Source: a virus. From it: DNA of 64,000 bases. Shown piece after piece: positions 30,509 to 40,531 of this stretch. The position numbers were made by a program, and so were the translations under genes. The notes under the pieces are model-generated. The model did not search any database, was not told the origin of the DNA, and saw only the letters and a program-made list of their open reading frames with translations. The stretch covers positions 50,372 to 114,371 of the IMG/VR virus record IMGVR_UViG_3300028045_000008; one strand, given 5' to 3'. Numbering within the stretch: position 1 is the stretch's first letter; each line of letters starts with the position of its first letter.

Positions 30509-30820
30509 ATGGGAACTGGATTTGAAATTTTTGAAAACGTAGTTGGTATTCATCAAGAAGTTGAGGATGTCGATATGTCAACAAAAGAAGAAAAGATGTT
30601 GGAGTATGTTCGAGAACTTCAGAAGATCGAAGATCAGATGGAGCCACTGAAGGAGATGAAGCGCCAACTAAAGACTGACTTTAAAGAAGCTGATTGGCTC
30701 ACTGGAGATGAAATTTCCATGACAGTTAAAGCGTATCGAATGCTCAAGACAAAAGACTTTGACTTTGATGAGTTTAGTAACGTCTATGAATCACTTGCGA
30801 AGATTGCCGGGAAGGTATAA
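30509..30820 (+). CDS. Small coiled-coil protein, possibly DsbA/GapR-like dsDNA binder
   Basis: YVRELQKIEDQ...KRQLK..FKE...VKAYRMLK pattern. Confidence 0.45.
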   Translation: MGTGFEIFENVVGIHQEVEDVDMSTKEEKMLEYVRELQKIEDQMEPLKEMKRQLKTDFKEADWLTGDEISMTVKAYRMLKTKDFDFDEFSNVYESLAKIAGKV

Positions 30821-31362
30821 TGATTTTAGAATATTACCGAACACGGCCGAATGCTATTCCCCCAACCCGCGCAAATCCATCAGACGCGGGATTGGATGTG
30901 TATTATAATCCAGAACAGCCCCAGGAATTGGGGTTGAATCTGCGCCCAGGCGAGAGTAAACTGTTTCCCACTGGTCTTAAATTCGGAGTGCCTCATGGCT
31001 ATATGCTGGAGGTGAAGAACCGCAGCGGCAATGCTTCAAAGCGTAGCTTGCTTGTCGGCGCCTGTGTTATCGATTCTGGGTACGATGGCGAGGTTTTCGT
31101 CAACTTGCACAATGTGGGTACTGAAACACAAATGATCGAGCGAGGGACGAAGATTGCCCAAATCGTCATGGTGCCGGTCGTACATTTCCGAGCACTGGAG
31201 ACATCAACTGATAATCTTTATGAGTGGTACCCGATCACGATGAGCAATCGCGGGGATGGCGCTCTGGGGTCTACTGATAATACGCCATCGCAAGATTTGA
31301 CAACAAAGGATGTCGACCCATTTACTATCCCAAAAAGCTGGGAGCTAGGAGATCCCACATGA
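30820..31362 (+). CDS. dut: dUTPase
   Basis: AGLD, RSG, VIDSGYDGE, KIAQ, RGDGALGST. Confidence 0.92.
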   Translation: MILEYYRTRPNAIPPTRANPSDAGLDVYYNPEQPQELGLNLRPGESKLFPTGLKFGVPHGYMLEVKNRSGNASKRSLLVGACVIDSGYDGEVFVNLHNVGTETQMIERGTKIAQIVMVPVVHFRALETSTDNLYEWYPITMSNRGDGALGSTDNTPSQDLTTKDVDPFTIPKSWELGDPT

Positions 31363-32399
31363 GAATCAAAGAGTGTCTATCATATGACGATGTGCTGCTC
31401 GTACCGAAGTATTCTGATATCGTATCTCGATCTGAAGTTGATACTTCTGCGTGTCTATCTCCTGACCTGATTTTTAAATTGCCGATCATCTCTTCTCCGA
31501 TGGACACTGTCACGGAGGAGGAGATGGCAACAGCTATGGGTTCTGTTGGCGGTCTGGGGATCATTCACAGATATAATTCCATCGATGATCAGTGTGGTAT
31601 GGTAATACGCGCCAAGTTCCACGACAACGCCGCTCCTGTGGCAGCAGCCATCGGCATCAGCGGTGACTACCAGGAGCGCGCCCACGAACTAGTACGCGCC
31701 GGCGCTTCGATTTTATGTCTGGATGTTGCCCATGGGCATCATATTCTCATGAAGGACGCTCTTACTAGTATTAAATCAATGTTCAATGACAGCGTCCATA
31801 TTATGGCTGGAAATGTCGCAACCAAATCCGGATTCGAAGATCTGGCTCATTGGGGCGCCGATTCTGTCAGGTGCAATATCGGAGGGGGTTCCATATGTTC
31901 CACTAGAATTCAAACAGGCCACGGAGTTCCCGGCTTACAAACACTGCTTGACTGCTTCGATTCTGCCACTGACCGCGATGTTAAGATTATTGCTGACGGA
32001 GGTATCAGAAACAGCGGAGATATAGTGAAGGCCCTAGCAGCAGGAGCAGATTTCGTCATGGTAGGCTCACTCTTATCTGGAACAGAAGAGACGCCAGGCC
32101 CGGTCATTCGAGGAAAAGACGGAAGAAACTTTAAGACATATCGGGGGATGGCCTCGCCAGAGGCACAGGTTAAGTGGCGAGGAAAGGCTAGTTCGCTTGA
32201 GGGAATCTCGACAATGGTTCCTCACCGCGGCTCAGTCATCCCAATCGTTGAGGAACTTGCTGTCGGTATTCGCAGCGGTCTATCCTACTCCGGATCTAGG
32301 AGTATTCTGGAATTGCAATCGAAAGCCGAGTTTATAAAGCAAACGTCATCTGGAATTGTCGAAAGCAATACCCATATTGATAGAAAGTTTAATGGCTGA
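31359..32399 (+). CDS. IMP dehydrogenase / GMP reductase family protein (no CBS domains)
   Basis: [49 protein letters not shown]. Confidence 0.9.
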   Translation: MRIKECLSYDDVLLVPKYSDIVSRSEVDTSACLSPDLIFKLPIISSPMDTVTEEEMATAMGSVGGLGIIHRYNSIDDQCGMVIRAKFHDNAAPVAAAIGISGDYQERAHELVRAGASILCLDVAHGHHILMKDALTSIKSMFNDSVHIMAGNVATKSGFEDLAHWGADSVRCNIGGGSICSTRIQTGHGVPGLQTLLDCFDSATDRDVKIIADGGIRNSGDIVKALAAGADFVMVGSLLSGTEETPGPVIRGKDGRNFKTYRGMASPEAQVKWRGKASSLEGISTMVPHRGSVIPIVEELAVGIRSGLSYSGSRSILELQSKAEFIKQTSSGIVESNTHIDRKFNG

Positions 32400-32721
32400 T
32401 TACGGAAAAAGAGAGAAGCGGATAAGCTTCATGGATACTGATAAGCGAAATGCAGATCTGAGAATCAGGCTCAAGAACGATGGCCTGACAAAGACAAAAT
32501 TCTTCAGAGCTATCTTATCGGGGTATTTGGAGAGAGATCACTTGATTATATCCTTCGTTGACAAAATAAAAGATACCCAGTCGATTCAGAGTTCGTCAAA
32601 AGCTTCGGTAGTCAAGACTCTGGAGGAGAAGGGGAAAGAAAATAAGAGAAAATTTGGACTAGGAGATGAAGAGATTCAGAGCATCTTCGATATCCTGGAA
32701 AAAGAACATCCGGAATTATAA
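32392..32721 (+). CDS. Hypothetical protein
   Basis: ATG 32392 overlapping upstream stop. Confidence 0.65.
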   Translation: MADYGKREKRISFMDTDKRNADLRIRLKNDGLTKTKFFRAILSGYLERDHLIISFVDKIKDTQSIQSSSKASVVKTLEEKGKENKRKFGLGDEEIQSIFDILEKEHPEL

Positions 32722-32749
32722 ACTTTTGGGTTTTTTAAAAAACAAAATA

Positions 32750-32756
32750 CTATTTA
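32750..32756 (+). promoter_or_regulatory. CTANTTA candidate late-promoter motif
   Basis: ACTATTTA in intergenic DNA lacking a sigma70 promoter. Confidence 0.45.
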
Positions 32757-32801
32757 TTAGTGATTATATACTGCTCTTGGTATATCTAAGGAGATCTTAA
32801 A

Positions 32802-33461
32802 ATGAGCAAAAAACTTTTGAACGAGTCAACTATTCGTCGTTTTGGACAGTTGGCCAATGTGGACTCTTCCCTTGTTTCCAATTTCATTCATGAAATGGTA
32901 GGAGAGGTTGAAGTTGAAGAAGAACTACCCGGCGAAGAAGAACTACCCGGCGAAGAAGAACTACCCATGGACCTCGGCGATGACCTCGGCGATGACCTCG
33001 GCGATGACCTCGGCGGTGACCTCGGCGGCGACCTCGGCGGTGAGCCAGCAGACCTCGCTTCCAAAGTGATTCAAGCTGTGGCAGATGCCCTGGATATTCA
33101 AGTCGACATCGTTGGCGGCGCTGAAGGCGATGACCTTGAAGTGGCCGATGACGAACTAGGTGACCTTGAAGTGGCCGATGACGAACTAGGTGACCTTGAA
33201 GTGGCCGATGACGAACTAGGTGACCTTGAAGCAGGAGACGACCTCGAAGAGAACGCTGCTTCGCAGCAGTCTTTCGACGCTCTCGTGTCGGCCGTCTTGC
33301 AGGAAATCGAAGCAGCCAAGACCGCTGATAGTGCCGAGATCACAGAGGCCGCCGACACCGACGACACCGACGACACCGCCGATGCAAATGAGGCAGTAGT
33401 CCAAGAGGTTCTGCGCCGAGTCAAGTCGAGAATTTCGAGTCTTCGTAACAAAAAAGCTTAA
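32802..33461 (+). CDS. Highly acidic low-complexity protein, candidate head core/internal protein
   Basis: MSKKLLNESTIRRF..LA start, D/E-rich repeats, basic C-terminal helix. Confidence 0.7.
   Translation: MSKKLLNESTIRRFGQLANVDSSLVSNFIHEMVGEVEVEEELPGEEELPGEEELPMDLGDDLGDDLGDDLGGDLGGDLGGEPADLASKVIQAVADALDIQVDIVGGAEGDDLEVADDELGDLEVADDELGDLEVADDELGDLEAGDDLEENAASQQSFDALVSAVLQEIEAAKTADSAEITEAADTDDTDDTADANEAVVQEVLRRVKSRISSLRNKKA
32916..33231 (+). repeat. In-frame tandem repeats of 18 bp (x~3), 12 bp (x6) and 30 bp (x~3.3)
   Basis: GAAGAAGAACTACCCGGC; GACCTCGGCG(A/G)Y; TGACCTTGAAGTGGCCGATGACGAACTAGG. Confidence 0.9.
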
Positions 33462-33483
33462 AAACACCTTGTGTTTTAAAATG

Positions 33484-33530
33484 GTGCCACGATCTTAAAT
33501 TTCCTCACAGGTGATAATCGTGGCATTTTT
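33484..33530 (+). terminator. Putative terminator
   Basis: GTGCCACGAT/ATCGTGGCAT stem with large loop, then T-run. Confidence 0.55.
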
Positions 33531-33548
33531 GTATCTTGGGGGTGGTGA

Positions 33549-33941
33549 GTGGAAAATATTCTGATCTTTGCTTTTGGCCTAGTAGCAGGCGTAATCTTTT
33601 ACAGGGCTGCAGTAATCCTCGGCGCCGCATGGATGGGCGCCCTGATGTTTCGAATGGTGGAGTTGCAGTGCCTACAATTGTTGGCCCTGTCTCTTGAGGA
33701 CGCTGCCTTTATGAAACAGGCGCGCCGCCAAATGATGGAGAAGACACGAATCTACGACAATAACCAAATAAGAATAATAAAGAATGAGGACCACTACAAT
33801 CTTCAAAGCTGGAAGAGCAATTCTATTCGACGACTCATCGATAGGTACCCAGAGGCTTACCAGCGTTCTTTGAAGTATAGTAACTGGGATACTGCAATGA
33901 AATATTTGGATTCCCATATGGAAAAAGTACTTGACAGATAA
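33549..33941 (+). CDS. Hypothetical membrane-anchored protein
   Basis: N-terminal hydrophobic helix. Confidence 0.65.
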   Translation: MENILIFAFGLVAGVIFYRAAVILGAAWMGALMFRMVELQCLQLLALSLEDAAFMKQARRQMMEKTRIYDNNQIRIIKNEDHYNLQSWKSNSIRRLIDRYPEAYQRSLKYSNWDTAMKYLDSHMEKVLDR

Positions 33942-33959
33942 AATAAATTATGATATACT
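33931..33959 (+). promoter_or_regulatory. sigma70-type promoter
   Basis: TTGACA-17-TG-N-TATACT. Confidence 0.7.
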
Positions 33960-33986
33960 TATTTATAGATAACAAAGGAGAGGAAC

Positions 33987-34313
33987 ATGGAAGCGGTCGC
34001 GTGGAAACACTTCAGAAGTGGTAAAGATTATTTTTATGTTATTCAACTAAACGGTATAAAAGGTACCCGACAAAAGAAGGAGATCGAAAAGTTTTTAAAA
34101 GATTGGAACCTACATGGCGAAGGATTTAATCCAAAGGATAAAAGGATGACGCTCCTCTTCCAGAAGAGTTTTGACAGCGACGAAAGTTGGAAAAGTTGGG
34201 CACAGCTATTTCCCTATACTCTCGTGGAACTCGGAAAGAGTGGGAAAAAGAAACCATATAAATTAGGTCTGGATTACATCAATTCACCCAGGAGAAGAAA
34301 AAATGTCCGTTGA
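33987..34313 (+). CDS. Hypothetical protein
   Basis: RBS, 108 aa. Confidence 0.7.
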   Translation: MEAVAWKHFRSGKDYFYVIQLNGIKGTRQKKEIEKFLKDWNLHGEGFNPKDKRMTLLFQKSFDSDESWKSWAQLFPYTLVELGKSGKKKPYKLGLDYINSPRRRKNVR

Positions 34314-34887
34314 AGAAGAAGAAGAAGAGCTTAGCCCAGAGGTTTCCGAAGAAGAAGAGCCTGTACCGCAACCACCGTCCGAACTTCGAGTTCTTGGCTT
34401 ATTCGGTGATATTTCTGAGAAAAAAGCAGAAGAAGTTATTTACGCTTTGATGTTATTACTCCACGAGGAAAGCGAGGGTATTGATATGCTCATCTCCTCA
34501 GCCGGCGGCTCAGCAACCGATATGTTTGCTATTTATGACGTCATGCGAGGAATTCGTGACGTCGTAGACGTTAGCACTATCGGTCTGGGAAAGATAATGT
34601 CTGCAGCAGTCTTATTGTTGGCAGCAGGCACCAAAGGGAAGAGGAAGATAGGCAAATACTGTCGAGTCATGCTTCATTCAGTAATCTCTGGGACTTCCGG
34701 CAGCTTGCATGACTTGGATAACGAGATGAAAGAAGTGAGATATACTCAGGATCAATACATTGAAGTTCTGTGCAAGGAAACCAAGCTCTCCGAAGAACAG
34801 ATTAGGGAGATGTTTTCTAGAAACGTCAACGTGTACCTGACAGCAGAAGAGGCAGTCGAATATGGAATTGCCGATGAGATAGTGTAA
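34303..34887 (+). CDS. clpP: ClpP-like protease
   Basis: ISSAGGS, GLGKIMSAA (Ser), AAGTKGKR, MLH, YLTAEEAVEYGIADEI. Confidence 0.85.
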   Translation: MSVEEEEEELSPEVSEEEEPVPQPPSELRVLGLFGDISEKKAEEVIYALMLLLHEESEGIDMLISSAGGSATDMFAIYDVMRGIRDVVDVSTIGLGKIMSAAVLLLAAGTKGKRKIGKYCRVMLHSVISGTSGSLHDLDNEMKEVRYTQDQYIEVLCKETKLSEEQIREMFSRNVNVYLTAEEAVEYGIADEIV

Positions 34888-34900
34888 GGAGACAAAAACT

Positions 34901-35542
34901 ATGGCGGTAATTAAAGGACTACATGCAAGACTGATAGCCGAAAGATTAAGCGTAATCATGAAAAAGAAAGGATATGTTTTTTTTGACAAGGGATCTTTTA
35001 ACGTGAACATCGTTGGCGTGAGGTCAGGAGAGAGCAAGGCTAACAAATTCGATGACATGATCTTGCTGGTGTACCGAAACAAGAAGGGCACCTGGGAGGT
35101 AGTTTCATCGACCGCCACTACGGACCCTGGGAAACATTACCTAGTAGACAGCCCAGTCAACGACCGAGGGACTGCCATTTTGGTGCCGAACCAATACAGG
35201 GGAGTGTATCGCGTGGATATTCATGCGAAAAGCAATAAGAATTTCGCCCACGAGGCTTTGTGTCAGAGGGGCGGAGTACTTTCTGTATGGCGCGACAATA
35301 ACCGGGATGATATTCTTGACCACAATCCAGAATCAATCGAGGAAGGCTGGTTTGGTGTGAATATTCATCGCAGCAAGTCTTCTGGCGCGGCTAACTATGT
35401 GGGAGCTTACTCAGCCGGATGCCAGGTTTTTAAAAATAGTACAGACTTTGACACCTTCATGGATGTCGTTAACAAGTCTAAAGATAAATATGGCAACAGT
35501 TTTACTTACACTCTTTTGGAAGAAGAGGATTTTGAGGACTAA
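34901..35542 (+). CDS. Putative cell-wall enzyme with L,D-transpeptidase-like H..S.GC motif
   Basis: TTDPG, GVNIHRS...YSAGCQVF. Confidence 0.5.
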   Translation: MAVIKGLHARLIAERLSVIMKKKGYVFFDKGSFNVNIVGVRSGESKANKFDDMILLVYRNKKGTWEVVSSTATTDPGKHYLVDSPVNDRGTAILVPNQYRGVYRVDIHAKSNKNFAHEALCQRGGVLSVWRDNNRDDILDHNPESIEEGWFGVNIHRSKSSGAANYVGAYSAGCQVFKNSTDFDTFMDVVNKSKDKYGNSFTYTLLEEEDFED

Positions 35543-35550
35543 TTAGTAGT

Positions 35551-36870
35551 ATGGACGAACTAGATATATTAATTGAAAACCAACGCAACAAGAAAAATTC
35601 TATGGAGTCTGAAGAGTTCATCAGGTTTGTCGAAGAGACACTTGATAAATTCTATGACGATTTGCCCCGCACTAAAACATTGACGGAGGGCGCCCTCCAT
35701 GAGGACTTCGAGAAGGGAAAAGAATTTCTATTGACTCTCCCGAAATTCGCACCCAATGAAAACTGGGGAAAGCCAGGGTCTGCCGACCGAGAAGCGGTCA
35801 ATAGAATCTTTAATGCTATCGGCGGTGGAGCTACTCTCGAAGAGAAGTTGAATTTTTTAGCAGCTATTGGAAAAGAAGAATCTGGAATAACATCTCCACG
35901 TCGAATAATATCGAGCCTGATAATCCTAGAATCTCTATCATCTATATTGACAAGTTTCCAGCCATCACCAGCGGGTTTTGTATTTGAGGCTTTCCTTGCA
36001 GCACTTCTGAGGGGAGCACAAATCCCCGCAGCCTCCGCCGACACGATCGCCGACTTGGAGGCGTTCACCCATATCCCCTCTTCAGGCAATGCCCCGGCGA
36101 AAGAGCGAAAAGGATTATCGATAAGCCTTAAGTTACTTGCTCCTGGGACGGCAATCGAGGGAAGTTACACCGACCTCATAGATTCCCTGAATAAGTCGGG
36201 CTCAATGACATATGTGATCGCGAGGAAGATAGGGGGAGTTCTTAAAATTGAATCTTTCGTATTCACTAGGGATAATTTCCTTAAAGCCATCAGCACGATG
36301 CAGAAGGGCGAGAGACTTAAAACAACTGCTAAACTCTTTACTCTTCCTGGGAAAACCGGCGAAGAATCTCTCAAATATCTCAACAGTCTTGAAAACTGGG
36401 GTGAGAAATACGCAGAGCTTCAAAAAACACCAGGCTATCGTGGCAAGGTTGCTCCAGCAAAGGAGGAGCCAGATAGGGATCTCGCGCTCGAACCAACAGG
36501 CAAACCCGACACCCAGTCTGTCACTACAGAATCGCAAGAGCTTTTAGCCGAGTCATTGACCCAGTGGAACGTTACCGGTGATCAGCTTAAGACGCTCGGT
36601 GACGCCGTGGTCCGCACCGAACTGGCCGAACTACCATATGCACCAGAAAAGATTTATAAAATTGCTGAAATGAGAATGAAGGCTCTCGATGCTACGTTAC
36701 TAGATCTCTTTGCCGCAACAAAAAGTTTGTCCGATAACGTAAATTTATATTTCTCTGAAGAGCAGCGCAATAATGCAATCAACGCTGGACAATCCGCCAT
36801 ATCGGACACTACCAGAATTGCTGAGAATTTGAAATCTGGAATTGCAAAAGATAAAAAAGAAGTAAATTAG
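35551..36870 (+). CDS. Hypothetical protein with PD-(D/E)xK-like core
   Basis: GFVFEAFLAALL...IAD...ISLKLL; preceded by ACTAATTA. Confidence 0.55.
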   Translation: MDELDILIENQRNKKNSMESEEFIRFVEETLDKFYDDLPRTKTLTEGALHEDFEKGKEFLLTLPKFAPNENWGKPGSADREAVNRIFNAIGGGATLEEKLNFLAAIGKEESGITSPRRIISSLIILESLSSILTSFQPSPAGFVFEAFLAALLRGAQIPAASADTIADLEAFTHIPSSGNAPAKERKGLSISLKLLAPGTAIEGSYTDLIDSLNKSGSMTYVIARKIGGVLKIESFVFTRDNFLKAISTMQKGERLKTTAKLFTLPGKTGEESLKYLNSLENWGEKYAELQKTPGYRGKVAPAKEEPDRDLALEPTGKPDTQSVTTESQELLAESLTQWNVTGDQLKTLGDAVVRTELAELPYAPEKIYKIAEMRMKALDATLLDLFAATKSLSDNVNLYFSEEQRNNAINAGQSAISDTTRIAENLKSGIAKDKKEVN

Positions 36871-36873
36871 TTC

Positions 36874-36902
36874 TTGACATTTAGTTCAAATGTGTTTATA
36901 AT
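36874..36902 (+). promoter_or_regulatory. sigma70-type promoter
   Basis: TTGACA-17-TATAAT perfect consensus. Confidence 0.75.
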
Positions 36903-36932
36903 ATAATATACAAAACTTTTACGAGGTGTGAT

Positions 36933-38501
36933 TTGACAAAACATTATGATTCTGGTTCGGCCATGGCCCAGAGAATCCTTGCTGGCGTTAACAAGCTAGC
37001 AGACAACGTAGCTTCCACGTTGGGCCCGCGAGGAAGGAATGTTATCCTGCAAGAGAAGAACAAAAGACCCATCATTACCAAAGACGGCGTTACTGTCGCC
37101 AACTTTGTGGATCTAGACGACCCCGTCGAGAACGCCGCCGCTCAAATAATTAAGCAGGCTGCAGAGCAAACTAACTCTGATGCTGGCGACGGTACCACTA
37201 CTGCGACAGTCCTCTCCAGGGCGATTTTGAGCGCGGCACAGAAGTATATTTCATCTGGAGTACCACCGATCGAACTCCAGCGTGGAATTGAGCGAGCCGT
37301 CACAGAACTGGCCGTCGTCCTCGACGCTGCCAGCCGCCCAATTATGTCAGAGGAGGACATCGCTCATGTGGCTTCGATTTCTGCCAACAACGACAAACAG
37401 ATTGGCCGACTTATAGCCCAGGCTGTATCTGCAGCGGGAAAGGATGGGGCAATAACTGTCGAAGAAGCTAGATCATTCCAGACCAGCCTGGATCTGGTTG
37501 AAGGGTTCAGGATGGATGCTGGCTACGCAGCAAGTGCTTTCATCACTGATGAGCGCCGCCGCGCCGTCTTATATGAAGATCCTATGATCCTGGTTACAGA
37601 CGAGAAGCTAGATAATGTCCACGATATTCTGCCAATTTTAGAACTCGCCGCGCGCGAGGCGCGCCCACTAATCTTTGTCGCCAGCGATGTCGAAGGTCAG
37701 GCCCTCGCCGCGATGATCGTCAATGCCTTAAAGGGTGTCCTTAAGGTCGCAGCAATCAAAGCGCCAAGGTACGGCGAAGAGCGCAAAAATATCTTAAAGG
37801 ATCTCGCTCTTTCGACGGGCGCAACTTTGATCACTCGTTCAAGTGGTAAGAGATTAAAAGACGTCAAACTCATAGATTTTGGAAGCGCCTCTAGGGTAGA
37901 CATCACAAGGGCCCAGACCACCATCGTCGGCGGCAATGGTAATCCAGATGCAGTATCAGCAAGAATTGATAGTCTAAGGGAAGAGTTAGTCAAGGAGGAT
38001 AACCTGCACGAGTGCGAAAAGCTTCAGGATAGGGTATCTCGGCTGGCGAGCGGTATCGCTATAATAAGAGTCGGCGCCTCTACAGAGATTGAGATGATAG
38101 AGAAGAAGCATCGGATCGAAGACGCACTAGAAGCAGTTCGCTCCGCCCAAATGGAGGGAATTGTCGAGGGTGGTGGAATCGCGCTCTTACGCGCCTCCTC
38201 TACTTTGGTGGTGGAAGTTGACAACGCAGATCAGTTGTTAGGGGTAGAAATAATTAAACAAGCCTCACAGGCTCCCCTGCGACAAATGGCGATTAATGCG
38301 GGTATTTCTCCGGATATTGTCTGCAAGCTTGTTCTGGAGTCCGAAACGGGCCACGGTTACGACTTTATGACCGATTCTATCGTGAATATGATGGACTCTG
38401 GTATTATCGATCCGGTGAGGGTGACCAAGACGGCGCTCCAGAATGCTGCTTCTGTGTCTGGCACGTTAATAACTACAAATTGTGCTGTGATTGAGAGTTA
38501 G
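36933..38501 (+). CDS. groL: Chaperonin GroEL (no GGM tail)
   Basis: [43 protein letters not shown]. Confidence 0.95.
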   Translation: MTKHYDSGSAMAQRILAGVNKLADNVASTLGPRGRNVILQEKNKRPIITKDGVTVANFVDLDDPVENAAAQIIKQAAEQTNSDAGDGTTTATVLSRAILSAAQKYISSGVPPIELQRGIERAVTELAVVLDAASRPIMSEEDIAHVASISANNDKQIGRLIAQAVSAAGKDGAITVEEARSFQTSLDLVEGFRMDAGYAASAFITDERRRAVLYEDPMILVTDEKLDNVHDILPILELAAREARPLIFVASDVEGQALAAMIVNALKGVLKVAAIKAPRYGEERKNILKDLALSTGATLITRSSGKRLKDVKLIDFGSASRVDITRAQTTIVGGNGNPDAVSARIDSLREELVKEDNLHECEKLQDRVSRLASGIAIIRVGASTEIEMIEKKHRIEDALEAVRSAQMEGIVEGGGIALLRASSTLVVEVDNADQLLGVEIIKQASQAPLRQMAINAGISPDIVCKLVLESETGHGYDFMTDSIVNMMDSGIIDPVRVTKTALQNAASVSGTLITTNCAVIES

Positions 38502-38538
38502 CTCGCTACTTAGTATAACTAAAAAGCGGAGAAATATT

Positions 38539-38811
38539 ATGTCAGAAGAAGAAATTAAAATAGATATTGTCGAGTTGGGTGGCAAGATAGACAGGATGAT
38601 AGACAACCTACATGCCGTCCGCGAAAGATGTGATGAGATAGCGGTGTGCGTCAACAAGGTAAAGAAGGCAGTGTATGAGCCAGACCAGGGCTTGTATGCT
38701 AGATTAAGAGAACTGGAGCAGTGGAAAGAGCAAGCATCCAGGTTTCTCTGGGTCATAACGACTTCCGTAGTTGGACTAATCACTGCGACACTTTATAAAG
38801 CGCTTTTTTAA
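38539..38811 (+). CDS. Coiled-coil protein with C-terminal TM helix (holin/XhlA-like architecture)
   Basis: GLYARLRELEQW then FLWVITTSVVGLITATL. Confidence 0.6.
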   Translation: MSEEEIKIDIVELGGKIDRMIDNLHAVRERCDEIAVCVNKVKKAVYEPDQGLYARLRELEQWKEQASRFLWVITTSVVGLITATLYKALF

Positions 38812-38830
38812 AATATAACGAGAGGTTAGA

Positions 38831-39136
38831 ATGAGGGTTAATATAACTTATTCGGTAGATTTAAATGATATTCCACTTGAGATAGACAAGCTGCTTCGAG
38901 AGAATAAGGAATTGTTGGATAAAATAATGCAAGATTTGGAGTCGGTTTCGAAGAAGAACCCACTTGAGATTATAGAAGTAATAAACTCTTCAAGAGAATC
39001 TCTGGCAGTTTTTGATATGAGGCTGACAGAATGTAATAACATTCTTTCTGGCTTCATCGATATTCGGGCCAAGGGCTCCACTCACCAGTTTATCGAAGTC
39101 GACGAGACGGGAGGCCCCGATGACGAGGGTGTTTAA
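38831..39136 (+). CDS. Hypothetical protein
   Basis: RBS GAGG, 101 aa. Confidence 0.7.
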   Translation: MRVNITYSVDLNDIPLEIDKLLRENKELLDKIMQDLESVSKKNPLEIIEVINSSRESLAVFDMRLTECNNILSGFIDIRAKGSTHQFIEVDETGGPDDEGV

Positions 39137-39365
39137 AGAAGGTGAGTATGTACATATCCCTGCTGGATCTGTTGCCTACAGACTCAGCGATACAGGCGCT
39201 GTGACATCTTTTTTCAAAGCTCGCGAGCCACTTGCCTTGATGTATTTAGGCCATCGCCGCGTCCCAGGATTCGCTGACTCAAATATCTGCGATGTCTTTT
39301 ACGAGGGGAAAGTTTATTCAGTCATTGAGGAGAATGTTTATGAAATGGGAGGCAGAGATGAGTAG
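39120..39365 (+). CDS. Small SH3-like hypothetical protein
   Basis: FKEGEYVHI start. Confidence 0.6.
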   Translation: MTRVFKEGEYVHIPAGSVAYRLSDTGAVTSFFKAREPLALMYLGHRRVPGFADSNICDVFYEGKVYSVIEENVYEMGGRDE

Positions 39366-39657
39366 TACAATTGAGTTTGTTGAACTTTATAATCGATCGA
39401 GCGGCGGCACTATCAGGGACTATGGACTAAGAACCATATATATCAACCCAGACCATGTGGTATCACTAGTGGAGGATATGAGGTCGTCACAACTTCTACA
39501 AGAAGGGTCACTGCCAGAGAATCTTGATTCAAGGCAGCAATTTACAAGTATATCTCTCGACGTTGGCGCCGCCGGAAACTCTATTGTGGTAGTCGGCCCA
39601 GTCCGAGAGATTCACAGCAAACTTTATGAAAATAGAAAGAAACTTCTGAGAGGGTAG
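39358..39657 (+). CDS. Hypothetical protein (FlbD-like motif)
   Basis: IYINPDHVVSLVE. Confidence 0.6.
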   Translation: MSSTIEFVELYNRSSGGTIRDYGLRTIYINPDHVVSLVEDMRSSQLLQEGSLPENLDSRQQFTSISLDVGAAGNSIVVVGPVREIHSKLYENRKKLLRG

Positions 39658-39659
39658 AG

Positions 39660-40085
39660 ATGGAAATTCCATGTAGTTTTGAAGCTGTCACACAATGGTA
39701 CGGCATTTTCGAAGAGGGGGAGACTAAGTTGGGCCGTTACGACGGAACAAATATGAACATTAAGGGCCTTGGGTATGACAAGTGGGCGCTCGTAGCAAAT
39801 ATTCTGTTGAATGACCCGGTCCAAAAATACCTAGAAGAAGGTTTGACCGAGGAACAGATCTTAGCTGGATGCTTGGAATTTTTGAATAAGCCTCCAACGA
39901 AGCGATCCCGAAAACCAAAGTATGGACATCTTGAGCATCGCTATTTCAAGCTGCTCGATGGCGAGAAAATTACCGTATCTTTGACTACTACTGATAGAAA
40001 TAACAAGCACTTTTGGGGGCGAGGCTCGAAAGCTCGCGAGGTAAGAAAAATTTCTAAGCGCGGTCGACCACGGAAAAGAAAATGA
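39660..40085 (+). CDS. Hypothetical basic protein
   Basis: 141 aa, C-terminal KRGRPRKRK (AT-hook-like). Confidence 0.65.
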   Translation: MEIPCSFEAVTQWYGIFEEGETKLGRYDGTNMNIKGLGYDKWALVANILLNDPVQKYLEEGLTEEQILAGCLEFLNKPPTKRSRKPKYGHLEHRYFKLLDGEKITVSLTTTDRNNKHFWGRGSKAREVRKISKRGRPRKRK

Positions 40086-40531
40086 CCCCTACCCGATGGC
40101 CAGATATTCGGCATCTTGAGTGGCATCTGATCGACGAATATGGCGTCTATGTCTCTTTTGATGATAATGGTACTGACGAATACTGGTTTGACCCAGATAA
40201 TTTTGAGGAAGATCCCGGCGTCATTTCAATCAATTCATCGAATGACGCCGAACACCAGCTACTCGTTTTGTTGCACGAAGCCGGCCATGTCATTCTTCGA
40301 TCAGATTCGGCGATGTTTGAGAGGAGGTTTCCAGGCTCTCACAGAGGTACTCTTCATGGCCGCATAGAGATATTGAGAGAGGAGGTATTGGCCTGGGAAG
40401 AAGCCCACCAGGTCGCCGATAGGCTTGGAATCAAGATAGAAGAGGAAAGATGGAAAGAGAATTATCGAGACGCACTAGAGAAATATGTGAGATGGACGCT
40501 GATTGGAGACGAGAATGAACAGACTAACTAA
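40082..40531 (+). CDS. HExxH metallopeptidase (ImmA/IrrE-like)
   Basis: LLHEAGH...EEVLAW. Confidence 0.7.
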   Translation: MTPTRWPDIRHLEWHLIDEYGVYVSFDDNGTDEYWFDPDNFEEDPGVISINSSNDAEHQLLVLLHEAGHVILRSDSAMFERRFPGSHRGTLHGRIEILREEVLAWEEAHQVADRLGIKIEEERWKENYRDALEKYVRWTLIGDENEQTN

